Shown here: in pieces, positions 28,101 to 41,396 of the stretch | Position numbering within the stretch: position 1 is the stretch's first letter | How the letters are laid out: every line of letters starts with the position of its first letter | Source of the DNA: Haplodiscus bocki | Lineage: Eukaryota | DNA: 64,000 bases | Reading direction: 5' to 3' | NCBI GenBank assembly: GCA_965655095.1 | Contig: OZ296652.1 | Span: forward strand, 39,742,001-39,806,000 | Notes under the pieces: generated by a model | The model's input: the letters and a program-made list of their open reading frames with translations, nothing else | What the model was told of the DNA's origin: nothing | Database searches by the model: none | Program-made: the position numbers and the translations under genes

Positions 28101-31100
28101 CTCGTCTTCGGGTTTCGGCTGTCGAATCTGTAATAAAATGCCATCTTCAAGAATTGCTTTTCAACAAATCACGCAATTCGCGGAGTGGGGAACCAAAGTC
28201 CTGTTCGGAGATACTTACTTCTTTTAGAGAAGGTAACACTTCTTTGTATTCAAATCTCAAAAAAGGAAAATTTTTTTTCTAGGAGACGTTCCTTTGCGGC
28301 CTTTGCTATCTCATGCTATTCCATGCCGGGACTAGGAAATGTCGAAAACAATGTTGTAAAATAATTTTGTACGTCCAACTGTTCCAAAATTTTTTTGAAA
28401 CTATTCGTAAAAATAAGCAATTTGCACTAACTGGGAAGTGTTTTTTCGACAGCCAACAATTGTTTCCAGTCAGTAGGTTCTGAAAAAATGTTTTCTGCAT
28501 GCATAATCGTGCAAGCAATGCGCTTGGATAAACAATGCGACTTCCAGCCTTCCAGTGACGCCAACGTTTTTCTTTTGACCAATCGTTTTTACACGTCTCA
28601 CTTTTAACGGTAAATTGCAAAACTGTGGCAAAATGATTGAGAGGAAAAGGGTTAACTAGGTCACTAGAAGAAAACACATCAACAAATCCAAGAATCAGAA
28701 ATTTTTCAGCAAGCAACTTCACCATCTGTGCTATTTTCGATATTTGTTCTTTTTGTAGAAGTCCCTCTGATTGGCAGTTGAATCTAAATTAGACATGATA
28801 ACCAAAATCTAAATCTCACACAAGCTGTCCTCCTATCAGGGGAACTTGTTCCAATTGTGCGTTTTTCACCAACGATTTATCGCGCGACCGCAGCATCTTC
28901 TTTGGACTTGAATTTTCTGAGACTACCTGTCATCTTGGCTAAGGGAAAATGTTTCATGTGAGTGGTCATCTCAACCACTCTGTCATAATATGGCAGCATC
29001 AATTTTCTACTTGATTGCTTTCATCCAACAGACTGTCCCTTCATGAAAATTCTAGTTGCTTCCGTTTCCCTCACAAAAAAAGAACAAAAATGTCGCTCAC
29101 AAGTCTGATAGAGAATAACCTCACAAAGTTTGTGCTAGAATTTCACTTGTGTATGATTTTTGGGGAAGCAAAATGGTCAATTTAACTTGCGAGTTGAAAT
29201 AAAAATTGAAAACCTCAGTATGGTTCTGTTACCGAATTTTGTGTATCTGCTCATGTGAACCTGGCTTTTAATTAAAGTATCCCAAACATAGTGAATGTGA
29301 AATGAACATAACTTTTTATCGACGGTAGTGTTTTTCGTAAAAAACCAGAGCAATACGAAAAACAAGCTCTAACAATTGATAGAGAACAACTTTAGGTAGT
29401 TTGTGATAAAGTTTCGGTCGCCTATCTTTTTTGAGGCTTCAAAGTGGTTACCCCAATTTCAGACTAACAGCGCTTTTTTATTGGTATGTGACCAGTATCT
29501 TGTTCTGTGGTATTTCCACGTTTGAGATAGTATAAAATGTAGCAGTTGCTACATATCTTTGAGCCATTCTCTTCCTTGAAAAGCTATATTCAAGATGCTC
29601 CGATCTTTAGATTATTTTCTATTTCTTTCGTTACACCATTGATTCTGAAACGCCCTCCCTCGTTGGCGAGGAAAAAATTACTTGTGACAATTGTGTTAAC
29701 CAGACCACAAGATGCCATGTTGGCTCACAAAAGACATTCTGCTGGATCCCTTACTTGTCCCTCTGGTACCAACATCTCAACAGAGTTTCAAGTTGAATCG
29801 AAATATCACATTGCCAACAAATTTTCACCATCGAATCATAGAACTGTGGTAAAAATCGAGATGGAAAATGTTGAAATCTTCAGTAAGTTTGAATTGATTC
29901 ACCTGTAGTTCAAACTTGTCAATGAGAAAATGCAATTTTGAATATATTGAAAATGGGTTGATAAACGCATTTGTCTGTTTGAGAGTTCGATGTTCTGAAT
30001 AAAGCAATGAAAAGGGACCTTGTTTTGTGATTTGCTAGATCCAATCTCGTCTTCGGGTTTCGGCTGTCGAATCTGTAATAAAATATCAGCTTCAGGAATT
30101 GCTGTTCAAAAAGTCACGCAAATCGCGGAGTGGGGAACCAAAGTCCTTTTCGGAGATACTTATTCTTTTAGAGGAGGTAACACTTCTTTGTCTTCAAATC
30201 TCAAAGAAGGAATTTTTTTTTCTCGAAGACGTTCCGTTGCGGCCTTTGCTATCTCGTGCTATTCAATGCCGGGAGTAGGAAATGTCGAGAACAATGTTGT
30301 AGAAAAAATTTTGTACGTCCAACTGTCCCAAAAAGTTTTTGAAACTCTTCGTAAAATGATACATTTTGCACTAGCTGGGAAGTGTTTTTTCGACAGCCAA
30401 CAATAGTTTACAGTCAGTAAGTTCTGCAAAAAATGTTTTTTGCATGCATATTAGTGAAAGCAATGCGTTTGGATAAACAATGCGACTTCCAGCCTTCCAG
30501 TGACGGCAACGCTTTTCTTTTGACCAATCGTTTTTACACGTCTCACTTTTAGCAGCAATTTTTGAAAGTGTGGCATAATGATTGACAAGAAAAGGCTTAA
30601 CTAGGTCACTAGAAGACAATACATCAACAAATCCAAGAATCAGAAGTTTTTCAACAATCAGCTTCACAATCTGTGCTGTTTTCGATGTTTGTTCTCTTTG
30701 TAGATGTCCCTCTGATTGGCAGTTGAATCTAAATTAGACATGATAACCAAAATCTAACTCTCACACAAGCTGTCTCCCTATCAGGGGAACTTGTTCCAAT
30801 TGTGCGTTTTTCTCCAACAATTTGTTGCCCGACCACAGGATCCTTTTTGTACTTCAATTTTCCGAGACTACCTGTCACCTCAGCTAAGGGAAAATGTTTC
30901 AAGTGAGTGGTCTTCTCAACCACTCTGTCATCATATGGCAGCATCAGTTTTCTACTTGATGCTTTCATCAAACGGACTGTCCCTTTATGCAAGTTCTACA
31001 TGCTTTTTTTTCAGAAAATAAACAAAATTTGTGGCTCACAAATTTGATAGAGAACAACCAAACAAAGTTTGAGCTAGAGTTTCGTTTTCGTATGAATGTT

Positions 31101-34100
31101 GTGGGAAGCAACGTGCTCAATTTAACTCGCGAGTGGAAATATTGATTGCAAAAATCAGTGTGGTAATGTGACCATTTTTTTGTATCTGCTCATGTAAACC
31201 TGGTTTTTATTTAAGGTCTCCAAAACATAGTGAATATGAAATCAACCTAACTTTTTATCGATGGTACTGTTTTTTGTATAAAACCAGAGCAATACGAAAA
31301 AGTATCTCTAACAATCGCTAGAGAACAACTTTAGGTGGTTTGTGATAAAGTTTCTGTCGCTTGTCAATTATGGGGTGCCAACGTGGTCACTCCAAGTGAA
31401 GACTAACAGCTCTTTTTTACGGAAATGTGACCAGTGTTTTGTTCCTTGGTATTTCCACATTTGAGATAAAATAATGTGTAGTCGTTGCTACATATCTTTG
31501 GGCTATTCTCCTTCTTGTAAACTTACAGTCAATGTGCTCCGATCTTTAGATTAATTTTCAAATGTTTCGTTACACCATTCATTCTGAAATGCCCGCTCTC
31601 AGTCGCTACGAAGAAATTACTTGTGACAGTTGTGGTTACCAAACCACAAGAAGTCATGTTGGTTCTCCAAAGACATTCTGCTGGATCCTTTAGTTGTCCC
31701 TCTGGTACCAAACTCTCAACAGAATTTCAAGTTGAATTGAAATATCACATTGCCAACAAATTGTCGCCAATAAATCGTAGAACTCTGGTAAAAAACGGGA
31801 TGGAAAATGTTGAAATCTTCTGTAAGTTTGAATTGATTCACCTGTAGTTCAAACGTGTCAATGAAAAAATGCAATTTTGAAAAAATTGAAAATGGGTTGA
31901 AAACGCATTTGTCTGTTTGAGAGTTCGATGTTCTGTTTAAAGCAATGAAAAGGGACCTTGTTTTGTGATTTGCTAGATCCAATCTCATCTTCGGGTTTCG
32001 GCTGTCGAATTTGTAAAAAAATGTCAGCTTCAGGAATTGCTTTTCATCAAATCAAGCAAATCGCGGAGTGGGTAACCAAAGGCCTGTTCGGAGATACTTT
32101 TTCCTTTAGTGGAGGTAACACTTCCTTGTCTTCAAATCTCAAAAAAGGGAATTTTTTTCTAGAAGACGTGCCGTTGCGGCCTTTGCTCTCTCGTGCTATT
32201 CAATGCCGGGAGTAGGAAACGTCGAGAACAATGTTGTAGAAAAAATTTTGTACGTCCAACTGTCCCTAAAGTTTTTTTGAGACTCTTCGTGAAATGATTC
32301 ATTTTGCACTAACTGGGAAGTGTTTTTTCGACAGCCAACAATAGTTTACAGTCAACAAGTTCTGCAAAAAATGTTTTTTGCATGCAAATTAGTGAAAGCA
32401 ATGCGTTTGGATAAACAATGCGACTTCCAGCCTTCCAGTGACGGCAACGCTTTTCTTTTGTCCAATCGTTTTTACACGTCTCACTTTTAACAGCAATTTG
32501 CGAAACTGTGGCATAATGATTGACAAGAAAAGGTTTAACCAGGTCACTAGAAGACAAGACATCAACAAATCCAAGAATCAGAAGTTTTTCAACAATCAAG
32601 TTCACAAACTCTGCTGTTTTAAATATTTGTTCTCTTTGTAGAAGTCCCTCTGATTGGCAGTTGAATCTCAATTGGACAAGATAACCAAAATCTAACTCTC
32701 ACACAAGCTGTCCTCCTATCACGGGAACTTGTTCCAATTGTGCGTTTTTCTCCAACAATTTGTTGCCCGACCACAGGATCTTTTTTTCCGAGACTACCTG
32801 TCACCTCAGCTAAGGGAAATTGTTTCAAGTGAGTGGTCTTCTCAACCACTCTGTCATCATATGGCAGCATCAGTTTTCTACTTGATGCTTTCATCAAACG
32901 GACTGTCCCTTTATGCAAGTTCTACATGCTTTTTTTTCAGAAAATAAACAAAATTTGTGGCTCACAAATTTGATAGAGAACAACCAAACAAAGTTTGAGC
33001 TAGAGTTTCGTTTTCGTATGAATGTTGTGGGAAGCAACGTGCTCAATTTAACTCGCGAGTGGAAATATTGATTGCAAAAATCAGTGTGGTAATGTGACCA
33101 GTTCTTATGTATCTGCTCATGTAAACCTGGTTTTTTTAAAGTCTCCAAAACATAGTGAATATGAAATCAACCTAACTTTTTATCGATGGTACTGTTTTTT
33201 GTATAAAACCAGAGCAATACGAAAAACTACCTCTAACAATCGATAGAAAACAACTTTTGGTGGTTTGTGATAAAGTTTCGGTCGCTTGTCAATTATGGGC
33301 GCCAACGTGGTCACTCCAACTTCAGACTAACCGCGCTTTTTTATGGGTATGTGACCAGTATTTTGTTCTTGGGTATTTCCACATTTGGGATAATTTAAAG
33401 TGTAGCCGTTGCTACATATCTTTGAGCCGTTCTTTCTTGTAAAGTTACAGTCAATGTGCTCCGATCTTTAGATTAATTTTCAAATGTTTCGTTACACCAT
33501 TCATTCTGAAATTGCCTCTCTCGGTCGCTACGAAGAAATTAATTGTGACAGTTGTGGTTACCAAACCACAAGAAGCCATGTTGGCTCACAAAAGACATTC
33601 TGCTGGATCCCTTAATTGTCCCTCTGGTACCAATTTCTCAACAGAATTTCAAGTTGAATTGAAATATCACATTGCCAACAAACTTTCACCAGCAAATGCT
33701 AGAACTGTGGTAAAAATCGAGATGGAAAATGTTGAAATCTTCTGTAAGTTTGAATTGATTCACCTCTAGTTCAAACTTGTCAATGAAAAAATGCAATTTT
33801 GAATATATTGAAAATGGGTTGATAAACGCATTTGTCTGTTTGAGAGCTCGATGTTCTGTTTAAAGCAATGAAAAGGGACCTTGTTTTGTGATTTGCTAGA
33901 TCCAATCTCATCTTCGGGTTTCGGCTGTAGAATCTGTAATAAAATGTCAGCTTCAGGAATTGCTTTTCAGCAAATCACGCAAATCGCGGAGTGGTTAACC
34001 AAAGTGCTGTTCGGAGACACTTTTTCTTTTAGAGGAGGTAACACTTCCCTGTCTTCAAATCTCAAAAAAGGAAATTTTTTTTCTAGAAGACGTTCCATTG

Positions 34101-37100
34101 CGGCCTTTGCTATCTCGTGCTATTCAATGCCGGGAGTAGGAAAGGTCGAGAACAATGTTGTAGAAAAAATTTTGTACATCCAACTGTCCCAAAAGCTTTT
34201 TTGAAACTCTTCGTAAAATGATACATTTTGCACTAACTGGGAAGTGTTTTTCCGACAGCCAACAATAGTTTACCGTCAATAAGTTCTGCAAAAAATGTTT
34301 TTGCATGCATATTAGTGAAAGCAATGCGTTTGGATAAACAGTGCGACTTCCAGCCTTCCAGTGACGGCAACGCTTTTCTTTTGTCCAATCGTTTTTACAC
34401 GTCTCACTTTTAACAGCAATTTGCGAAACTCTGGCATAGTGATTGACAAGAAAAGGCTTAACTAGGTCACTAGAAGACAATACATCAACAAATCCAAGAA
34501 TCAGAAGTTTTTCAACAATCAATTTCACAATCTGTGCTGCTTTCGATAACTGTTCTCTTTGTAGAAGCCCTCTGATTGGCAGTTGAATCTAAATTAGACA
34601 AGATAACCAAAATCTAACTCTCACACAAGCTGTCTCCCTATCAAGGGAACTTGTTCCAATTGTGCGTTTTTCTCCAACAATTTGTCGCCCGACCGCAGGA
34701 TCCTTTTTGTACTTCATTTTTCCGAGACTACCTGTCATCTCAGCTAAGGGAAAATGTTTCATGTGAGTGGTCTTCTCAACCACTCTGTCGCCATATGGTA
34801 GCATCAGTTTTCTACCTGTTGCTTTCATCAAACAGACTGTCTCTTTATGCAAGTTCTACTTGTTTCATTTCCCTCACAAAATAAACAAAAAATGTGGCTC
34901 ACAAATTTGATAGAGAACAACCTCACAAAGTTTGAGCTAGAGTTTCATTTTTGTATGAATTTTTTGGGAAGCAAAGTGCTCAATTTAACTCGCGAGTGGA
35001 AATATTGATTGCAAAATTCAGTGTGGTAATGTGACCAGTTCTTATGTATCTGCTCATGTAAACCTGGTTTTTTTTTAAAGTCTCCAACACATAGTGAAAA
35101 TGAAATCAACGTAACTTTTTATCCATGGTACTGTTTTTTGTATAAAGCCAGAGCAATACGAAAAACTACCTCTAAGAATCGATAGAAAACAACTTTAGGT
35201 GGTTTGTGATAAAGTTTTGGTCGCTTGTCAATTATGGGCGCCAACGTGGTCACTCCAACTTCAGACTAACAGCGCTTTTTTATGGGTATGTGACCAGTAT
35301 TTTGTGCTGTGGTATTTCCACATTTGAGATAATTTAAAGTGTAGCCGTTGCTACATATCTTTGAGCTGTTCTCTTTCTTGTAAACTTACAGTCAATGTGC
35401 TCCGATCTTTAGATTAATTTTCAAATGTTTCGTTACACCATTCAATCTGAAATGCCCTTTCTCGGTCGCTACGAAGAAATTACTTGTGACAAATGTGGTT
35501 ACCAAACCACAAGAAGCCATGTTGGTTCTCCAAACACATTCTGCTGGATCCTTTGGTTGTCCCTCTGGTACCAACTTCTCAACAGAGTTTGAAGTTGAAT
35601 TGAAATATCACATTGCCAACAAACTTTCACCAGCAAATGCTAGAACTGTGGTAAAAATCGAGATGGAAAATGTTGAAATCTTCTGTAAGTTTGAATTGAT
35701 TCACCTCTAGTTCAAACTTGTCAATGAAAAAATGCAATTTTGAATATATTGAAAATGGGTTGATAAACGCATTTGTCTGTTTGAGAGCTCGATGTTCTGT
35801 TTAAAGCAATGAAAAGGGACCTTGTTTTGTGATTTGCTAGATCCAATCTCATCTTCGGGTTTCGGCTGTAGAATCTGTAATAAAATGTCAGCTTCAGGAA
35901 TTGCTTTTCAGCAAATCACGCAAATCGCGGAGTGGGTAACCAAAGTGCTGTTCGGAGACACTTTTTCTTTTAGAGGAGGTAACACTTCCCTGTCTTCAAA
36001 TCTCAAAAAAGGAAATTTTTTTTCTAGAAGACGTTCCATTGCGGCCTTTGCTATCTCGTGCTATTCAATGCCGGGAGTAGGAAATGTCGAGAACAATGTT
36101 GTAGAAAAAATTTTGTACATCCAACTGTCCCAAAAGTTTTTCTGAAACTCTTCGTAAAATGATACATTTTGCACTAACTGGGAAGTGTTTTTTCGACAGC
36201 CAACAATAGTTTACAGTCAATAAGTTCTGCAAAAAATGTTTTTGCATGCATATTAGTGAAAGCAATGCGTTTGGATAAACAATGCGACTTCCAGCCTTCC
36301 AGTGACGGCAACGCTTTTCTTTTTTCCAATCGTTTTTACACGTCTCACTTTTAACAGCAATTTGCGAAACTGTGGCATAATGATTGACAAGAAAAGGCTT
36401 AACTAGGTCACTAGAAGACAATACATCAACAAATCCAAGAATCAGAAGTTTTTCAACAATCAATTTCACAATCTGTGCTGCTTTCGATAACTGTTCTCTT
36501 TGTAGAAGCCCTCTGATTGGCAGTTGAATCTAAATTAGACAAGATAACCAAAATCTAACTCTCACACAAGCTGTCTCCCTATCAAGGGAACTTGTTCCAA
36601 TTGTGCGTTTTTCTCCAACAATTTGTCGCCCGACCGCAGGATCCTTTTTGTACTTCATTTTTCCGAGACTACCTGTCATCTCAGCTAAGGGAAAATGTTT
36701 CATGTGAGTGGTCTTCTCAACCACTCTGTCGCCATATGGTAGCATCAGTTTTCTACCTGTTGCTTTCATCAAACAGACTGTCTCTTTATGCAAGTTCTAC
36801 TTGTTTCATTTCCCTCACAAAATAAACAAAAAATGTGGCTCACAAATTTGATAGAGAACAACCTCACAAAGTTTGAGCTAGAGTTTCATTTTTGTATGAA
36901 TTTTGTGGGAAGCAAAGTGCTCAATTTAACTCGCGAGTGGAAATATTGATTGCAAAATTCAGTGTGGTAATGTGACCAGTTCTTGTGTATCTGCTTATGT
37001 AAACCTGGTTTTTATTTAAGGTCTCCAAAACATAGTGAATATGAAATCAACCTAACTTTTTATCGATGGTACTGTTTTTTGTATAAAGCCAGAGCAATAC

Positions 37101-40100
37101 GAAAAACTACCTCTAACAATCGATAGAAAACAACTTTAGGTGGTTTGTGATAAAGTTTTGGTCGCTTGTCAATTATGGGCGCCAACGTGGTCACTCCAAC
37201 TTCAGACTAACAGCGCTTTTTTATGGGTATGTGACCAGTATTTTGTGCTGTGGTATTTCCACATTTGGGATAATTTAAAGTGTAGCCGTTGCTACATATC
37301 TTTGAGCTGTTCTCTTTCTTGTAAACTTACAGTCAATGTGCTCCGATCTTTAGATTAATTTTCAAATGTTTCGTTACACCATTCAATCTGAAATGCCCTC
37401 TCTCGGTCGCTACGAAGAAATTACTTGTGACAATTGTGGTTACCAAACCACAAGAAGCCATGTTGGTTCTCCAAAGACATTCTGCTGGATCCTTTGGTTG
37501 TCCCTCTGGTACCAACTTCTCAACAGAGTTTGAAGTTGAATTGAATTATCACATTGCCAACAAACTTTCACCAGCAAATGCTAGAACTGTGGTAAAAATC
37601 GAGATGGAAAATGTTGAAAACTTCTGTGAGTTTGAAATGATTCACCTGTAGTTCAAACTTGTCAAGGAAAGAATTCAATTTTGAATATATTGAAAATGGG
37701 TTGATAAACGTATTTGTCTGTTTGAGAGTTCGATGTTCTGATTAAAGCAATGAAAAGGGACCTTGTTTTGTGATTTGCTAGATCCAAGCTCGTCTTCGGG
37801 TTTCGGCTGTCGAATCTGTAATAAAATGCCATCTTCAAGAATTGCTTTTCAACAAATCACGCAATTCGCGGAGTGGGGAACCAAAGTCCTGTTCGGAGAT
37901 ACTTACTTCTTTTAGAGGAGGTAACACTTCTTTGTATTCAAATCTCAAAAAAGGAAAATTTTTTTTCTAGGAGACGTTCCTTTGCGGCCTTTGCTATCTC
38001 ATGCTATTCCATGCCGGGACTAGGAAATGTCGAAAACAATGTTGTAAAATAATTTTGTACGTCCAACTGTTCCAAAATTTTTTTGAAACTATTCGTAAAA
38101 ATAAGCAATTTGCACTAACTGGGAAGTGTTTTTTCGACAGCCAACAATTGTTTCCAGTCAGTAGGTTCTGAAAAAATGTTTTCTGCATGCATAATCGTGC
38201 AAGCAATGCGCTTGGATAAACAATGCGACTTCCAGCCTTCCAGTGACGCCAACGTTTTTCTTTTGACCAATCGTTTTCACACGTCTCACTTTCAACAGTA
38301 AATTGCAAAACTGTGGCATAAGGATTGAGACGAAAAGGGTTAACTAGGTCACTAGAAGAAAATACATCAACAAATCCAGGAATCAGAAGTTTTTCAACAA
38401 TCAACTTCACAATCTGTGCTGCTTTCGACATTTGTTCTCTTTGTAGAAGTCCCTCTGATTGGCAGTTGAATCTAAATTAGACAGAATAACCAAAATCTAA
38501 ATCTCACACAAGCTGTCTCCCTATCAGGGGAACTTGTTCCAATTCTGCGTTTTTCTCCAACGATTTATCGCCCGACCGCAGCATCTTTTTTGTACTTGAA
38601 TTTTCTGAGACTACCTGTCATCTTGGCTAAGGGAAAATGTTTCATGTGAGTGGTCATCTCAACCACTCTGTCATAATATGGCAGCATCAATTTTCTACTT
38701 GATTGCTTTCATCCAACAGACTGTCCCTTCATGAAAATTCTAGTTGCTTCCGTTTCCCTCACAAAAAAAGAACAAAAATGTCGCTCACAAGTCTGATAGA
38801 GAATAACCTCACAAAGTTTGTGCTAGAATTTCACTTGTGTATGATTTTTGGGGAAGCAAAATGGTCAATTTAACTTGCGAGTTGAAATAAAAATTGAAAA
38901 CCTCAGTATGGTTCTGTTACCGAATTTTGTGTATCTGCTCATGTGAACCTGGCTTTTAATTAAAGTATCCCAAACATAGTGAATGTGAAATGAACATAAC
39001 TTTTTATCGACGGTAGTGTTTTTCGTAAAAAACCAGAGCAATACGAAAAACAAGCTCTAACAAATGATAGAGAACAACTTTAGGTAGTTTGTGATAAAGT
39101 TTCGGTCGCCTATCTTTTTTGAGGCTTCAAAGTGGTTACCCCAATTTCAGACTAACAGCGCTTTTTTATTGGTATGTGACCAGTATCTTGTTCTGTGGTA
39201 TTTCCACGTTTGAGATAGTATAAAATGTAGCAGTTGCTACATATCTTTGAGCCATTCTCTTCCTTGAAAAGCTATATTCAAGATGCTCCGATCTTTAGAT
39301 TATTTTCTATTTCTTTCGTTACACCATTGATTCTGAAACGCCCTCCCTCGTTGGCGAGGAAAAAATTACTTGTGACAATTGTGTTAACCAGACCACAAGA
39401 TGCCATGTTGGCTCACAAAAGACATTCTGCTGGATCCCTTACTTGTCCCTCTGGTACCAACATCTCAACAGAGTTTCAAGTTGAATCGAAATATCACATT
39501 GCCAACAAATTTTCACCATCGAATCATAGAACTGTGGTAAAAATCGAGATGGAAAATGTTGAAATCTTCAGTAAGTTTGAATTGATTCACCTGTAGTTCA
39601 AACTTGTCAATGAGAAAATGCAATTTTGAATATATTGAAAATGGGTTGATAAACGCATTTGTCTGTTTGAGAGTTCGATGTTCTGAATAAAGCAATGAAA
39701 AGGGACCTTGTTTTGTGATTTGCTAGATCCAATCTCGTCTTCGGGTTTCGGCTGTCGAATCTGTAATAAAATATCAGCTTCAGGAATTGCTGTTCAAAAA
39801 GTCACGCAAATCGCGGAGTGGGGAACCAAAGTCCTTTTCGGAGATACTTATTCTTTTAGAGGAGGTAACACTTCTTTGTCTTCAAATCTCAAAGAAGGAA
39901 TTTTTTTTTCTCGAAGACGTTCCGTTGCGGCCTTTGCTATCTCGTGCTATTCAATGCCGGGAGTAGGAAATGTCGAGAACAATGTTGTAGAAAAAATTTT
40001 GTACGTCCAACTGTCCCAAAAAGTTTTTGAAACTCTTCGTAAAATGATACATTTTGCACTAGCTGGGAAGTGTTTTTTCGACAGCCAACAATAGTTTACA

Positions 40101-41396
40101 GTCAGTAAGTTCTGCAAAAAATGTTTTTTGCATGCATATCAGTGAAAGCAATGCGTTTGGATAAACAATGCGACTTCCAGCCTTCCAGTGACGGCAACGC
40201 TTTTCTTTTGACCAATCGTTTTTACACGTCTCATTTTAGCAGCAATTTTTGAAAGTGTGGCATAATGATTGACAAGAAAAGGCTTAACTAGGTCACTAGA
40301 AGACAATACATCAACAAATCCAAGAATCAGAAGTTTTTCAACAATCAGCTTCACAATCTGTGCTGTTTTCGATGTTTGTTCTCTTTGTAGAAGTCCCTCT
40401 GATTGGCAGTTGAATCTAAATTAGACATGATAACCAAAATCTAACTCTCACACAAGCTGTCTCCCTATCAGGGGAACTTGTTCCAATTGTGCGTTTTTCT
40501 CCAACATTTTGTTGCCCGACCACAGGATCCTTTTTGTACTTCAATTTTCCGAGACTACCTGTCACCTCAGCTAAGGGAAAATGTTTCAAGTGAGTGGTCT
40601 TCTCAACCACTCTGTCATCATATGGCAGCATCAGTTTTCTACTTGATGCTTTCATCAAACGGACTGTCCCTTTATGCAAGTTCTACATGCTTTTTTTTCA
40701 GAAAATAAACAAAATTTGTGGCTCACAAATTTGATAGAGAACAACCAAACAAAGTTTGAGCTAGAGTTTCGTTTTCGTATGAATGTTGTGGGAAGCAACG
40801 TGCTCAATTTAACTCGCGAGTGGAAATATTGATTGCAAAAATCAGTGTGGTAATGTGACCATTTTTTTGTATCTGCTCATGTAAACCTGGTTTTTATTTA
40901 AGGTCTCCAAAACATAGTGAATATGAAATCAACCTAACTTTTTATCGATGGTACTGTTTTTTGTATAAAACCAGAGCAATACGAAAAAGTATCTCTAACA
41001 ATCGATAGAGAACAACTTTAGGTGGTTTGTGATAAAGTTTCTGTCGCTTGTCAATTATGGGGTGCCAACGTGGTCACTCCAAGTGAAGACTAACAGCTCT
41101 TTTTTACGGAAATGTGACCAGTGTTTTGTTCCTTGGTATTTCCACATTTGAGATAAAATAATGTGTAGTCGTTGCTACATATCTTTGGGCTATTCTCCTT
41201 CTTGTAAACTTACAGTCAATGTGCTCCGATCTTTAGATTAATTTTCAAATGTTTCGTTACACCATTCATTCTGAAATGCCCGCTCTCAGTCGCTACGAAG
41301 AAATTACTTGTGACAGTTGTGGTTACCAAACCACAAGAAGTCATGTTGGTTCTCCAAAGACATTCTGCTGGATCCTTTAGTTGTCCCTCTGGTACC
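16177..41396. repeat. Sub-array 2: higher-order repeat of monomer variants, order C-D-D-D-E-D-E-F then C-D-D-E-F
   Basis: Variant-specific ORFs recur at fixed offsets: 16189/31716 and 16782/32309 (15,527 = 8 units); 22251/26134 and 24423/28306 (3,883 = 2 units); 28306/37994, 29177/38865, 29546/39234 and 30020/39708 (9,688 = 5 units). Confidence 0.85.
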
